The notes below the pieces were generated by a model. The model saw only the letters and a list, made by a program, of their open reading frames with translations, was not told the origin of the DNA and did not search any database. This document shows, in pieces, positions 27,921 to 41,425 of a stretch of 64,000 bases of DNA. Position 1 is the stretch's first letter, and every line of letters starts with the position of its first letter. The position numbers and the translations under genes were made by a program. The stretch is from assembly GCA_951406725.2 (NCBI GenBank), contig OX597839.1, positions 37,696,001-37,760,000 of the forward strand, written 5' to 3'. This DNA comes from Octopus vulgaris (lineage: Eukaryota).

Positions 27921-28095
27921 TTTACAGACGTGGAAGTGAGGTAAGAAGCTTGCTTACCAGCCGCATGGTTGTGGGTTCAATCCCATTGCATGGAACCTTG
28001 GGCAAGTGTCTTCAATTATAGCCTCGGGCCGGCCAAGGCCTTGTGAGTGTATATACAACGGGATTCTTTCAGTTTCCGTCAACCAAATCCACTCA
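26890..28095 (+). repeat. Tandem array of five SINE-A-head/(CA)n units (~230-250 bp)
   Basis: Unit starts GTGAACGTTGCGATA at 26890, 27119, 27368, 27618 and 27855. Confidence 0.95.
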
Positions 28096-28585
28096 TGTAT
28101 ATATAGGAGCACTCCGTCGGTTACGACGACGAGAGTCCCAGCTTGCTCGTGAAGTGACTGACGTGCAAGTGACTGACCAGAGAGGAAAGTGTTTGTCTCT
28201 AGACCTGTCAGACGCGTCCACCATACACATTCTTTCGCCATAGCCACAAGTACGATGAAAATAGCTGTTCCTTCCCGTTTCAAGGAAGGAGGCACGACAA
28301 TATTCACGATAGACTCGGTTGATAAACCGACTCGTCCCACTTATTTCAGTGTATAATGTTCACATATTAGCATTAATATGCATGCTGTGCATTATACAAT
28401 ACAAATGTAGATTTACAAATCAGTCCAGATAAAGGAAGCCAGCTCATCAGATCACCAGAACATTACTTTATATTATACTCCTCAGTACTGGATTACTATG
28501 TGTTCTGCGAGTCCCGGGTTTCTGTGATAGCCACACGATTCTGTGAACCCGTGTATTACGCTACAAATTGATACGTGTATACATC

Positions 28586-28618
<33 letters not shown>

Positions 28619-28782
28619 GCGCGCGCGCACACACGCACACACACACGCACACACACACACACAGATATTTAGCGATAAAGAGTGGCATAAACGTATATGA
28701 ATTAATACGTACACATGTACGCGTGTACATAACAATGATGATGATAATGATAATGATAATGATGATGACGATGACGATGACG

Positions 28783-28821
<39 letters not shown>

Positions 28822-28892
28822 TGATAATAATAATAATAATGATAATGATGATGATGATGATGATGATGATAAAAATGATAATAATAATAATG

Positions 28893-28950
<58 letters not shown>

Positions 28951-29020
28951 GGATAATAATAATGAGATAGATATTTAATTACATAAAGGGGAACATCTAT
29001 ATATAAATATACATACATTT

Positions 29021-29051
<31 letters not shown>

Positions 29052-29308
29052 TGCGTATGTATATAAAGTATACGAAACAAGCGTGGAGCATACAAGTGGT
29101 TTATACAAACTTCTTTGCAGCAGACGACAATGGCTGGTCGAGATAGAAATTTTTTAATGTCAACCACAGAACAAACTTATTTAGTCAATATTATTAAGTT
29201 CAGCTTAGCAATTCCTGAGGACTGCGTTTTCAAACATTAAATAAACCGTTTTGATACTTCAAACCAATTACTCTCTTTCTTTCTTTCCTCCTATCTCTCT
29301 GTATAAAC

Positions 29309-29384
<76 letters not shown>

Positions 29385-29434
29385 AATATATATATGTATA
29401 TATATACATGCATTCATATATATGTATATGTATA

Positions 29435-29477
<43 letters not shown>

Positions 29478-29531
29478 TTATGTATTTATATATATATATA
29501 TATGTATATTTATGTATTATATATATATATT

Positions 29532-29607
<76 letters not shown>

Positions 29608-29685
29608 CATACCTATACATACATATACATGCGCGCGCGCACACACACACACATATATATATATATACATATATATATATATTTT

Positions 29686-29812
29686 TTTATTTTATAGAAG
29701 GAGCTTCTACAGGACTAGAACTGTTTCATTCAAAAGAAATCATCAGGCTTCCTGATGATTTCTTTTGAATGAAACAGTTCTAGTCCTGTAGAAGCTCCTT
29801 CTATAAAATAAA
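29686..29812. repeat. Perfect 62-bp inverted repeat with 3-nt loop and a hammerhead core in each arm
   Basis: Arms 29686-29747 and 29751-29812; CTGATGA-T-TTC-tttt-GAA-T-GAAACAGTTC at 29752-29780. Confidence 0.92.
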
Positions 29813-29881
29813 TTAATTTACTCTGCTATGTATTGAGTACCTTATTTACTGTGGTTAACCCCGACTCAACCCGGGACCTAC

Positions 29882-29990
<109 letters not shown>

Positions 29991-30252
29991 ATATATGTAT
30001 ATGTGGAGGCGCGTGGCTTAGGGGTTAGGGTGTCAGCATCATGATCGTAAGATTGTGGTTTCGATTCCTGGACCGGGCGGCGTGTTGTGTTCTTGAGCAA
30101 AACACTTCATTTCAGGTTACTCCAGTTCACTCAGCTGGCAAAAATGAGTAACGCTGCGATGGACTGGCGCCCCATGCAGCTGGGGGACGCATACGCCATT
30201 GAAACCGGGCCCATGAGCCTGGCTGGTTTTTAAAAGGGCGCATTTATTATTT

Positions 30253-30322
<70 letters not shown>

Positions 30323-30717
30323 AATATATATATATATATTCATATACACACACACGCATATATATAGAGAGATGTATATGTAAAAGTTCAGTTAAAGGCT
30401 AAAAACCTCATTAAGGGATAATAAGGTCCAATGAATATACTGGTTTATTACTTATTACAAAAACTACTGAATATTGCATTTAATATTCAACTGTAAGGTA
30501 ATTGGATAAACCGGGGTTTATATATATTTTTAAGAAAATAAGAAAATAGAGATAATTAAATTAATAATCATTTGTCCCATTCTTTAATTAATAAATAATT
30601 ATTAATTTAATTATCTCTATTTTCTTATTTTTCTGATATATATATATATATAGACATGCATACATACGTATATATATATATATATGTATATATATGCATA
30701 TATATACATATAAATAA

Positions 30718-30803
<86 letters not shown>

Positions 30804-30956
30804 CAAATGGATTTCTATACGTATGCCTTTTACATATGTATGTCATTGTTCAGATTATTTCAAGATTTCTTGCCAATAGAGAAAGAGCCGGTTTCGAACC
30901 TAGATCCAAGAATCCTTCATTGGAATTTCAACATCAACAACAGGGTTTTTTGCTTG

Positions 30957-30988
30957 TATGTATGTATGTATGTATGTATGTATGTATG

Positions 30989-31019
<31 letters not shown>

Positions 31020-31282
31020 GTATGTATGTATGTATGTATGTATATATGTATGTATGTGTGTATGTATGTATGTATGTATGTATGTATGTATGTATGTATG
31101 TATGTATGTATGTATGTATGTATGTATGTATGTATGTATGTATGTATGTATGTATGTATGTATGTATGTATGTATGTATGTATGTATGTATGTATGTATG
31201 TATGTATGTATGTATGTATGTATGTATGTATGTATGTATGTATGTATGTATGTATGTATGTATGTATGTATGTGTGTATGTG

Positions 31283-31314
<32 letters not shown>

Positions 31315-31410
31315 TGTATGTATGTATGTATGTATGTATGTATGTATGTATATATGTATGTATGTATGTATATATGTATGTATGTGTGTATGTATGTGTG
31401 TATGTATGTG
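30957..31410. repeat. (TATG)n microsatellite
   Basis: Direct inspection. Confidence 0.97.
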
Positions 31411-31541
31411 CAGATTTGTATGTTTTGCCTTATATATGTATTCTCTTGCATACAGTTGCACATCTAGACATGCTCATATGTATTTAAATGATAAACTTCC
31501 GGAAAGATTTACAGATTTTTATAGATCCAGTGATGGAATCC

Positions 31542-31587
<46 letters not shown>

Positions 31588-31918
31588 TAGCTTGTATGCA
31601 TCCTTTGTTTTTAATCAATAAAATTCTTCCTCTGAAGAAGGAGCTGGTTTCTAAGATACAAAGCTCCATCGTTGAAATCTAGATAACAAAATTGTCACCT
31701 TTTAAACTTGAGAAAAATCTTGTATATTTTTACTGATCCACTTTCAGATTGTATCATGTGAATTAGCTGGTTAATTTCCCTATCATCATCATCATCATCA
31801 TCATTATCATCATCATCATTATCATCATCATTATCATCATCATCATTATCATCATCATCATCATCATTATTATTGAGTGAGAGAGCAGTGTATGCCACCA
31901 AAATGACACTGGGTATTA

Positions 31919-32003
<85 letters not shown>

Positions 32004-32068
32004 CATTATTATTATTATCATTATTATTATTATTATCGTCATTATTATTACCGTCATTATTATTATTG

Positions 32069-32109
<41 letters not shown>

Positions 32110-32197
32110 ATTATTATTATTATTATTATTATTATTGTTGTTGTTGTTGTTGTTATTAATGTTGTTATAAAAAATATTAATAATAATAATAATAATA

Positions 32198-32249
<52 letters not shown>

Positions 32250-32378
32250 TATTATTGTTGTTGTTGTTATTTCTTCGTCGCTGCAATAAGGGACCTTCTC
32301 ATCTCCACCTTTCTCCTCTCTCTCTTCTCTCTCTGTCTTTCTCTCTCTCTCACTCACTTTCTCTTACTCTCGTTCCAG

Positions 32379-32501
32379 GTCGTTGGCATGGTGACCCGAC
32401 ACGATCTCACACACCAACATCTCGAATCCTGTCTTCGGCGACACAAAAGGCAATTGGAATACTTAAGACAAGAGCAGATCAGACGAGAACTTCGAGAGTA
32501 G
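32379..32501 (+). CDS. CLCN6: CLC-6-like terminal coding exon 12 of 12
   Basis: Long CT tract plus ttccAG; VVGMVTRHDLTHQHLESCLRRHKRQLEYLRQEQIRRELRE*, TAG at 32499-32501. 'VG..TRH.LT' completes CBS2. Confidence 0.92.
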   Translation, partial: VVGMVTRHDLTHQHLESCLRRHKRQLEYLRQEQIRRELRE

Positions 32502-33074
32502 GGGAGGATACGGATAGCGGTGATGGTGGTGGATGCTAAATTGGGGTTATAGTTCTGTCGGCAGTATCGGTTGTGGTGCAAAGAGAAAGGGTGTAGTGTT
32601 AACGATAGTGGCGATGGTATTGGTGGTAGTAGAAGGTGTGGTGGTGGTGTAAGTAGTAGCTGATGCATGGTTTGTGGTGGAGGTGCCGGTGGTAGTAGAC
32701 GTGTAGTAGTGGTGTTGTTGAGTGCCAGTAGAGTGTAATAGTGGTGATGAGTATTTAAGCTGCTCAGCGGTATTTCACCCGTTGCTACGTTCTGAGTTCA
32801 AATTCCTAGGGGGCCGACTTAATCCTTTCATCCGTTTGGGGTCAATAATATAAGTACCAGTTGAACACTGGGGTCGATGTAATCGACTCATCCTCAAATT
32901 GTTGTCCCTGTGGAAAAATTTGAAACCATTCTTCTTCTTCTTCTTCTTCTTCTTCTTCTTCTTCTTCTCCTTCCTCCTCCTCCTCCTCCTCCTCCTCCTC
33001 TTCTTCTTCTTCTTCTTCTTCTTCTTCCTCCTCTTCTTCTTCTTCTTCTTCTTCTTCTTGTTGTTGTTTCTCTT

Positions 33075-34150
33075 AGGTTCGGTATTTTTCCAGGTAGAGA
33101 TTATGTGGATAGCTGGTTGCTACCTGTAACCTTAGGGGTATCCACAAGTTCCCAGCAGTCTTTCAAGTGCTTAGAACCCTCCTGATAATCCTTGCTGTCC
33201 CTTAGAGACAAACTTTCTGTGGGAGCTCTACCAGGCATTCTCTTCCAATCTTCTTCAGCCATTTGTCTATATCTTGGCTTACTGTTCCCAACACACCATT
33301 CATTATAGCCACGACCTTTACTTCAAATTCTTTATATTACAAATTTTAGGGGATTGTATATTTTTTTGAAATTTTCTTCCTCTTTCTTTACAATCCTGGA
33401 ATCAAATGGGCATGATGGGTCGATAAGTAAGCAACTTCGCTTTTCCTTATCTATAATTGTAATATCTGGTCTATTATTTTCTAATTTCTTGTCCGTTTGA
33501 ATTGGAAAGTCCCACAAAAATCTTACGTTTCTCCGACTCTAGTACTCCTTCGACTCGATGAATGTACCACGTGTTCCCAGCTTCAAATCCCCATTTCTGG
33601 CACAGTTTCCAGCGTAAAACTTTTAAAACCTGGTCGTGCTTCCATTTCTTATATTCTTCCTGTGCCAACTTGGGGGCATTCTCTCACAATGTGTGCCACT
33701 GCCTCGTTACAGGTTCCACAGGTTCTACAATTTTCTGACACATTCTCTCCGTATATATTTTTCTCAAGTTGTTTGTTTTTATTGCTTGATCTTGGGCTGC
33801 TACAACTAGACTCTCTGTTTCTATTTTGTAATTGCCCCCTTTTTTTAACCAAGCCAGGAGTTTTTAACCAAGCCCAGGAGTTTCTTCCACATACGTCTTC
33901 AGTGGCTCTCCAAAACTAGCCATGCAGAGGTTTCTTTTCGATCTGTCTAACGTACTCTCTTTGTTTTTCATTCTTGTCCTTTTCTCCTATTACGTGCTTC
34001 ATCGTCTGTTCTTTCTTAACTACCTTTAGTAGTTTTTCTGTGCTGCTCTGTAAATACTCTACTGGACTTTTCTTTCCATCTGTACACATTCTTCTCCTGC
34101 AATTAAGCCTCTTCCACCCTAGTCTCTCTTCAAGTAAAGCCGGTTAATAT
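33075..34150 (-). mobile_element. Decayed R4/Dong-like LINE fragment (CCHC knuckle plus RLE)
   Basis: Minus-strand pieces CRTCGTCNEAVAHIVRECP, KHDQVLKVLRWKLC and WDFPIQTDKKLENNRPDI..CLLIDPSCPFD in shifting frames. 3' end abuts a (TTC)n tract. Confidence 0.85.
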
Positions 34151-34413
34151 CGATGAAATGAAGTATAATTTGAGCATTGGAGGTCGATGAAGTCGACGTG
34201 GCCCCTGCGTCTAAAGTTTATTGACCTTGTTTCAAAAACCTGAAGCCATCTGAAGCCGTTTGATGTCATTTGAAAGCATTATTAAACACAGGACAGCATT
34301 TGTAGCCACCACCCTTGTGACTAGTATCTCTTCCCGCTACCCACGGAGCGGATTAGCAGTAGCCATATTGAACCACCACCACCACCACCACCACCACCAC
34401 CACCACCACCACC

Positions 34414-34445
<32 letters not shown>

Positions 34446-35117
34446 CAACAATCCAAAATTGTTGCTTCCATGCGAAAACTTATTGTAAATATAGTTTAAG
34501 GACGAACTTTTTTCTGTCACCCAGTCATGGTTATGGAGTAGATATTGAAATATTCCAATATTCTACAATCATTTATGGGTAAAAATGAACGAAACACACT
34601 AAAATACTGGTTCCAAACCATTTTCCATTTTTGTTTTCCATAATATAATCTTAGAAAAAAAATACCTTTGAAACGGGCATCTACGAAAAGGTGTACTTCT
34701 TAGGCAATCAAAACCAAAGAACTCCTTACAAAAACAACAAGTAACAACTAAAAATATATACAAAAACAAAAACAATACACAACTAAATGTAACAAAAAAT
34801 AAAATCTTTTTTTTCTCTTTCTGAAAATCTATTATTTTAAATTGTGTAGAATATATTGTATAAAGGATCGTGGGTAAGGCCCGAACAATGCTAAGTAAAT
34901 GCAAGGCAAATCACAAGAAAACAAATATATGAATTAATGTAGTATTCAATATTCGGGGTTATGACCCCATTTTCAAGAAAATAAACGAATGTTGTCGATG
35001 TGTATACATACACGCACATCGGCAATATTCGTTTTCCTTGAAAATGGGATCATAACCCAGAAATTGTTCTGGCCTTACCCACGATCCTTTATACAATATA
35101 CATACATACACACACAC

Positions 35118-35171
<54 letters not shown>

Positions 35172-35682
35172 AATATATACATACATACATATATATATAT
35201 ATTTAAGAAATGGAAAACAAAAGGAATAAATTGAACAATTATAAATTCAATTGAAATATTTTATACAAATAAATGACACATCTCATAAATTACAACTGTT
35301 TGCGCTTCATTAATAAAACGAAGTTTTCAAGAATAATCAAATCCGTTTAAATATGTAATGATGCTTCATCAGATCGACATATCTCCTTCAGTATTTCACG
35401 AAAAATATCAATTGAAAATATTTATAACTGCTAAGGCGTTTCAAGAGCTCTTAAAAAGTAAAAAATAAGTAAAAAATCTAAATGAAATTATGTAAATTCC
35501 TAAATTTAAACCAATAAATATTCATTTCTGTAACACATTTTATTGCACAATACACACGTTCACATATACATATTTATATATACTTATATATACACACATA
35601 CACCTCTTACTTATGTATACATACATAATACACACGTACGTATACACACATGCATATTCACATACACAAGTTTAGTTATTCA

Positions 35683-35768
<86 letters not shown>

Positions 35769-36039
35769 TCTATTATTTTTACAATATATATACATATACT
35801 ATTCATACACACATGTATCTGTTTATGTTAAAACATTTTAAATATTCAAATCTAAATAAAAGAATTTATATCTATATAAAAAGGTTTATATTATGAATCT
35901 GACTATTATAATGCAGGGGAGGTAACTACTTTTCCATTTATAGAAACAAATTCGATACGGTCAACGAACAAAACCCATTTAGATATATACATACAGCAAA
36001 AGCTAAGTAATACAATACAAACGAAATTTCCCACATACT

Positions 36040-36427
36040 GGATGGAAGCACTCCGTCGGTTACGACGACGAGGGTTCCGGTTGATCCGAATCAACGGAAC
36101 AGCCTGCTCGTGAAATTAACGTGTAAGTGGCTGAGCACTCCGGAGACACGTGTACCCTTAACGTAGTTCTCGGGGATATTCAGTGTGACACAGAGAGTGA
36201 CAATGCCGGCCCTTTGAAATACAGGTACAACAGAAACGGGAAGTAAGAGTGAGAGAAAGTTGTGGTGAAAGAGTACAGCAGGGATCACCACCATCTCCTG
36301 CCGGAGCCTCGTGGAGCTTTAGGTGTTTTCGCTCAATAAACACTCACAACGCCCGGTCTGGGAATCGAAGCCGCGATCCTATGACCGCGAGTCCGCTGCC
36401 CTAACCACTGGGCCATTGCGCCTCCAC
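36040..36427 (-). mobile_element. SINE family B, full length with perfect TSD
   Basis: Reverse complement of the 7667 copy; TCCCACATACT at 36029-36039 and 36428-36438. Confidence 0.92.
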
Positions 36428-36439
36428 TCCCACATACTA

Positions 36440-36780
36440 ACAACGAGCCAAAACAACACATTAAACAAGATAAATACGCTATGTCTACATATATCCTACA
36501 TTGTTCATTTACTCACGCGAATATACTTACTTAGCGATGCATATAAACAAAACGACAGGAATGTTGATCCGACGGAAATGTACTGTCCATAGACAACAGA
36601 TATTTCCCCCACAATATCGCCAGATATATCTCAGTGAACACATTGACAGATGTGCAGAACAACTTCCCATTATATCAATTTGCTATTTGGATCTCAACAC
36701 AAGTACGACTAAATAAAGAGGCTTCATTTATCAAAGAATATGAGCCGGAATTAAATATTAATCCATATTGAAAATCAAAG
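36440..36780 (+). pseudogene. Penelope-like GIY-YIG endonuclease remnant
   Basis: ..TTGMLIRRKCTVHRQQIFPPQYRQIYLSEHIDRCA.. then RLNKEASFIKEYEPELN, resembling the R..H..H..E..I....P.LN C-terminal half of GIY-YIG. Frameshifted. Confidence 0.65.
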
Positions 36781-36985
36781 ATTTATTCCAACTATAGTAA
36801 GAATCAAATGTAGAACAAAATAAAAATTACAGACTTACTTCCCCTCTGCTGTAAAACACCTTGGTTACCAATTATTCTCCCCTAGCAAACAAAATGTCTA
36901 ATTCAGAAATTCTTCCCAAACTCAATTTAAAATGCGATAGCGAAACCGGTTATTATGTTGGAAAAAATAATATTATTTTGTACAA

Positions 36986-37502
36986 TCTATATATATAAAA
37001 CTGTAGTTGTGTGAGTGTCTGTCCCCTTCGATTTAGATTCCTAACTCCTCCCACATTTTGCGGTGCAGTTTAACCAAATTCGGGTATCTTATAGTCGTGA
37101 TTAATATCGAGCCCGTCTGGCTATTAGCGCGCGTCTACGATGAGTCTACGATTTTAAAAATAATTTAACATAATTTTTTATTCCATTTTAATGCATAATT
37201 TTTCGTGTGTCGATGGCGGCGGAGTTGGCGTCCATGCTCAAACACCTGCACCTGTGTTTGCTTCTTCCCCTTCTTCCCTCCCTCGTGAAGCTGTGGGGAA
37301 GGGAGCGTAAGGAAATCAACGTCGTAAAGCGTTGTCAAGGAGACCAGCGTTCTTTTAGAACAACGACTTCATGGCTTGAAGACACCAAAACAGAAATGGC
37401 TAAGAAAGCCCGAATTGGCATCTATAAGGGAAGTAACTCTCTAAAAATGCTTATATAGTTATTTCCCTTACAAACCCGAGCAACGCCGAGCGATACTGCT
37501 AG
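36986..37502 (+). mobile_element. Non-autonomous Helitron, same family as 14069-14462
   Basis: A|TC...CTAG|T. Shares the 5' ~210 bp and the 3' ~65 bp including the hairpin; the internal segment differs. Confidence 0.88.
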
Positions 37503-38390
37503 TATTGTATAATATTTTTGCTATTACGATTCTAATATATTCTTTAGTCTTGTAAAACAAATCTGTGTTTTTATCTTATTTCTTTCCGTATATATTCAAC
37601 CACGTGTAATCACTCACCATACTTACTTTCTACCTTATATATATATATATACATATATATATACATATATCTATGTGTCTATGTCTAATGTAAGTAACAT
37701 TCAGTTGAATCAGGTACTTAAATTGAGACATCTCATTAGGTCGGAATAAAAAAAAACTTTACTTTTATTTTATTGGTATCTCTTTTATAAATTTTATCTA
37801 TCTTCATTTTCACTCTAATATTATTTATATACTCTATATTTCTTCAAAATCTAAATTTTTTTTTATTACTTCTTAAATTCTAATGCATCTATTTTCCTTA
37901 TAATTTTAAATACCTTTCAGTTATTTACTGATATTTGGCGCATGGCTCAATGGTTAGAGCGTCGAGCTTACGATCGTGAGGCTGTGAGCTCGAATCCCGG
38001 ACCGGGCTGCGTGTTGTGTTCTCGAGCAAGGCACTTTATTTCACGTTGCTCCAGTTCACTCAGCTGTAGAAATGAGTTGCGACGTCACAGGTGCCAAGCT
38101 GTATCGGCCCCTTTGTCTTTCCCTTGGATAACACTGGTGGCGTGGAGAGGGGAGGCCGGTATGCATGGGCGACTGCTGGTCTTCCATAAACCACCTTGCC
38201 TGGACTTGTGTCTGGGAGGGTAACTTTCTAGGTGCAATTCCATGGTCATTCATGACCGAAGGGGGTCTTTACCCCTTTAATACAGACAATGCAACGTTAA
38301 TAGGAAATTAGATTGTTGAATGCGTTTGGACACAAAGAGAGAAAGAAAGTGAGAGAAAGAGAGAGGAGAGAGAGAAGAGAGAGAAAGTGA

Positions 38391-38428
<38 letters not shown>

Positions 38429-38620
38429 AGGAACGAGAGCAGAATGCGAAATCCATCGCTTCCAGAGCCAACGCGCATTCCTTCCGTCTTGGGCGACCAT
38501 GATAAAATGACCGAGTCACATAATTCGATGTCTCTATATTTAAGAGATGCGGAATTATGTACATTATTTACGTTATTTACATTTGATCGACATTTGTTCT
38601 CATCTTGTTTGTGGTTGACA

Positions 38621-38664
38621 ACACAACATTTCGGCTGATACACCCTCCAGCCGTCTTCAGGTGT
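38621..38664 (-). ncRNA. Second copy of the 10259 hammerhead motif, mutated
   Basis: ACAC-CTGAAGA-C-GGCTG..CAGCC-GAAA-TG-TT-GTGT, within a homologous repeat at ~38500-38740. Confidence 0.55.
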
Positions 38665-38744
38665 CTTGGGGAAATTTCGAACCTGAGTTCTCATTCCTAA
38701 GGTATTTTTCAGTGTTATTAATTATTACTATTGTTATTATTATG

Positions 38745-38763
38745 CTGATGATGGTGATGATGG

Positions 38764-38815
<52 letters not shown>

Positions 38816-38828
38816 AATGATGATGAGG

Positions 38829-38860
<32 letters not shown>

Positions 38861-38870
38861 GATGATGAGG

Positions 38871-38902
<32 letters not shown>

Positions 38903-38935
38903 GATGATGATGGTGATGATGATAATGATGATGAG

Positions 38936-38966
<31 letters not shown>

Positions 38967-38975
38967 ATGATGATG

Positions 38976-39032
<57 letters not shown>

Positions 39033-39090
39033 GTGATGATGATAATGATGATGAGGATGATGATGATGATGATGATGGTGATGATGATGG

Positions 39091-39140
<50 letters not shown>

Positions 39141-39147
39141 GTGGTGG

Positions 39148-39182
<35 letters not shown>

Positions 39183-39360
39183 GTGATGATGGTAATGACG
39201 ATGATGGCTGATGCTGATGATGATGATTATAATGATGATAGTGACGGTGGATGAATATGATGATGGTAGTGGTGTTAGTGGTGGTGATGATGAAGACGAT
39301 GACGGCGATGACGATGATGATGATGATGATGATGATGATGGTGATGACGATGAAGACGAT
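38745..39360. repeat. (GAT)n microsatellite
   Basis: Direct inspection; source of the poly-Met/His/Ser pseudo-ORFs. Confidence 0.97.
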
Positions 39361-39851
39361 GACACCAACGACGACCACGACCACAACCACGATGGCGGTA
39401 TTATATTGGCGGTAATGGCGACGATGATGACAACGACAACAACAACAACAACAACAGCATCAACAATAACAACAACAACATCACCGAAGACAGTCTTCAG
39501 TGTTGTGTGTCACAAAACAACAAGTTGATATAACAACATCTGTCTGTGTGCAGGAGTTTTCTCATGAAAGACTACTGGACCGACAACAACAACAACAGCA
39601 CCACCACCACCACCAACAACAACAATAACCACAATAAGTGAAAGAAATAAGCAAACAGCAAATGATATAAAAACAACAACAACAACAACAACACAAAACA
39701 ACAAAACAACATCCTACTCGAGACAAGATGGCGTCTTTAATAATAAAAAACAAACAAACTGTTCGTCTCTCTCTTGGAGATCTTGGAAATGGTTCCATTC
39801 CAAATTTGGTGTCGAAACCGACTATTGCCTTTTCTAGTGGTCGACATAATG

Positions 39852-39894
<43 letters not shown>

Positions 39895-39967
39895 ATACAA
39901 ATATATATAAATATATATATATATATTTGTATATGTACATATATACATATATATATGTGTTTGTGTA

Positions 39968-40005
<38 letters not shown>

Positions 40006-40193
40006 CGTGTGTATGTGTGAGTGTGTATGTATATATAAGTATGCATATATCAATATACACATTTTTATATACATACATGTATACATATAAATAACGTATG
40101 CATATGTATGTGTGCATATATGTCTAGATTGACACATATACATATATATACACATACATATATTCATATATATACACACGCACATACACACAA

Positions 40194-40265
<72 letters not shown>

Positions 40266-40970
40266 GCATACACACGCACATATATATGTATGTATGTATA
40301 CTCACATATAAATTGGTGAGTGTTTAGAATGTTGGATAGAATATATCGAGGTATTTGTTTTGAATCTATTCGTTCCTGGTTCAAATCCTGTAGAAGTCAG
40401 CTTTGCTTTCTACATCCCTTTGGGGGTTCATAAAAATTTTTACCAACCCCAAGGAGTAGATTGTTGAAACTATATCAGTGTCGGAGCAGATACCTTGTGG
40501 TATTTCTTCCAACTCTTTTTTTTTCAGAGTTCAAATCCCACTATGACCGTCGCCTGGATTAGCACAACCACCAGGTACTACGAGTCCCCTTAGTGGATCC
40601 CTCTTCGCTACAAACATTTGGGCCAGGTATGCGGTTTCTTATCTTTTACTTGTTTCAATAATTACACTGCGCCCACGCTGGGGCACCACACTGAAGAACT
40701 TTTAGCGCTACTTTTTTTTAAAAATCTGTTTCTCATACTATCGTTCTCGAACTGCTTTGTTACTGGGAAGTAAACAAACAAACAGCGGTCGTCGTGCGGT
40801 TTTGGGAGACACAAATACAAATATACGCACACACGCACAAACACACGCACACACACATACACATACATACACACACACACACACGTGACGTTCTTCCAGT
40901 TTCCGTCTACCAAATTCCCTTACAAGGCATTAATCAGGAGGATACAGCAGAAGACTTCCGACTAAGAATA

Positions 40971-41185
40971 TACCCAGGGATGTCGAAAAGATCCAGGCTT
41001 TGGGTAAAAGGAAATACAGAAGGATCAGTTAATTACGATTTTATTCAACATGTACCCTTCCGAGATTCACACACTTATTGCAGCGGCCCTTCAGTTTTTC
41101 TAAGTCTTATAAAAGAACTCAGAGGATTAGGACCGAGCCTTTCGTGACACCCTTAAAGCCAGGAACTTTCCAGTAACCCCCCGAA
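40971..41185. mobile_element. Decayed mariner-type MITE
   Basis: Degenerate TIRs GAAAAGATCCAGGCTTT / AAAGCCAGGAACTTTCC. Confidence 0.6.
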
Positions 41186-41328
41186 CACAAAAATTATATG
41201 TGTATATAACGGTTATTTATATTTTGTTACATTTTCCATGCCATATTTCAGTCTAAATACATTCATACTTAAAGTTATTATTTTCCACCGCCCCTTCATT
41301 TCCCATCGTAGATGGGTAGGTTTGATAG

Positions 41329-41425
<97 letters not shown>

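Noticed and set aside
26890-28095. Regularly spaced repeats resembling a CRISPR array
   Set aside because: Units are ~200-bp SINE pieces separated by (CA)n rather than unique spacers. The context is eukaryotic with no cas genes.
30875-31680. GAAACCGGCTC / GAAACCAGCTC hammerhead-like remnants (minus strand, ~30890 and ~31645)
   Set aside because: The CUGANGA box is not recognisable, so these are too degenerate to call.
32502-34930. CLCN6 3' UTR and polyadenylation site
   Set aside because: An AATAAA near 34798 lies in A-rich sequence beyond SINE and LINE fragments, so it cannot be assigned without transcript data.
37937-38005. tRNA gene (GGCGCATGGCTCAATGGTTAGAGCG..GCTCGAATCCCGG); similar heads at 7672, 14626 and 30007
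   Set aside because: Continues into a SINE body, with no closing acceptor stem or terminator.
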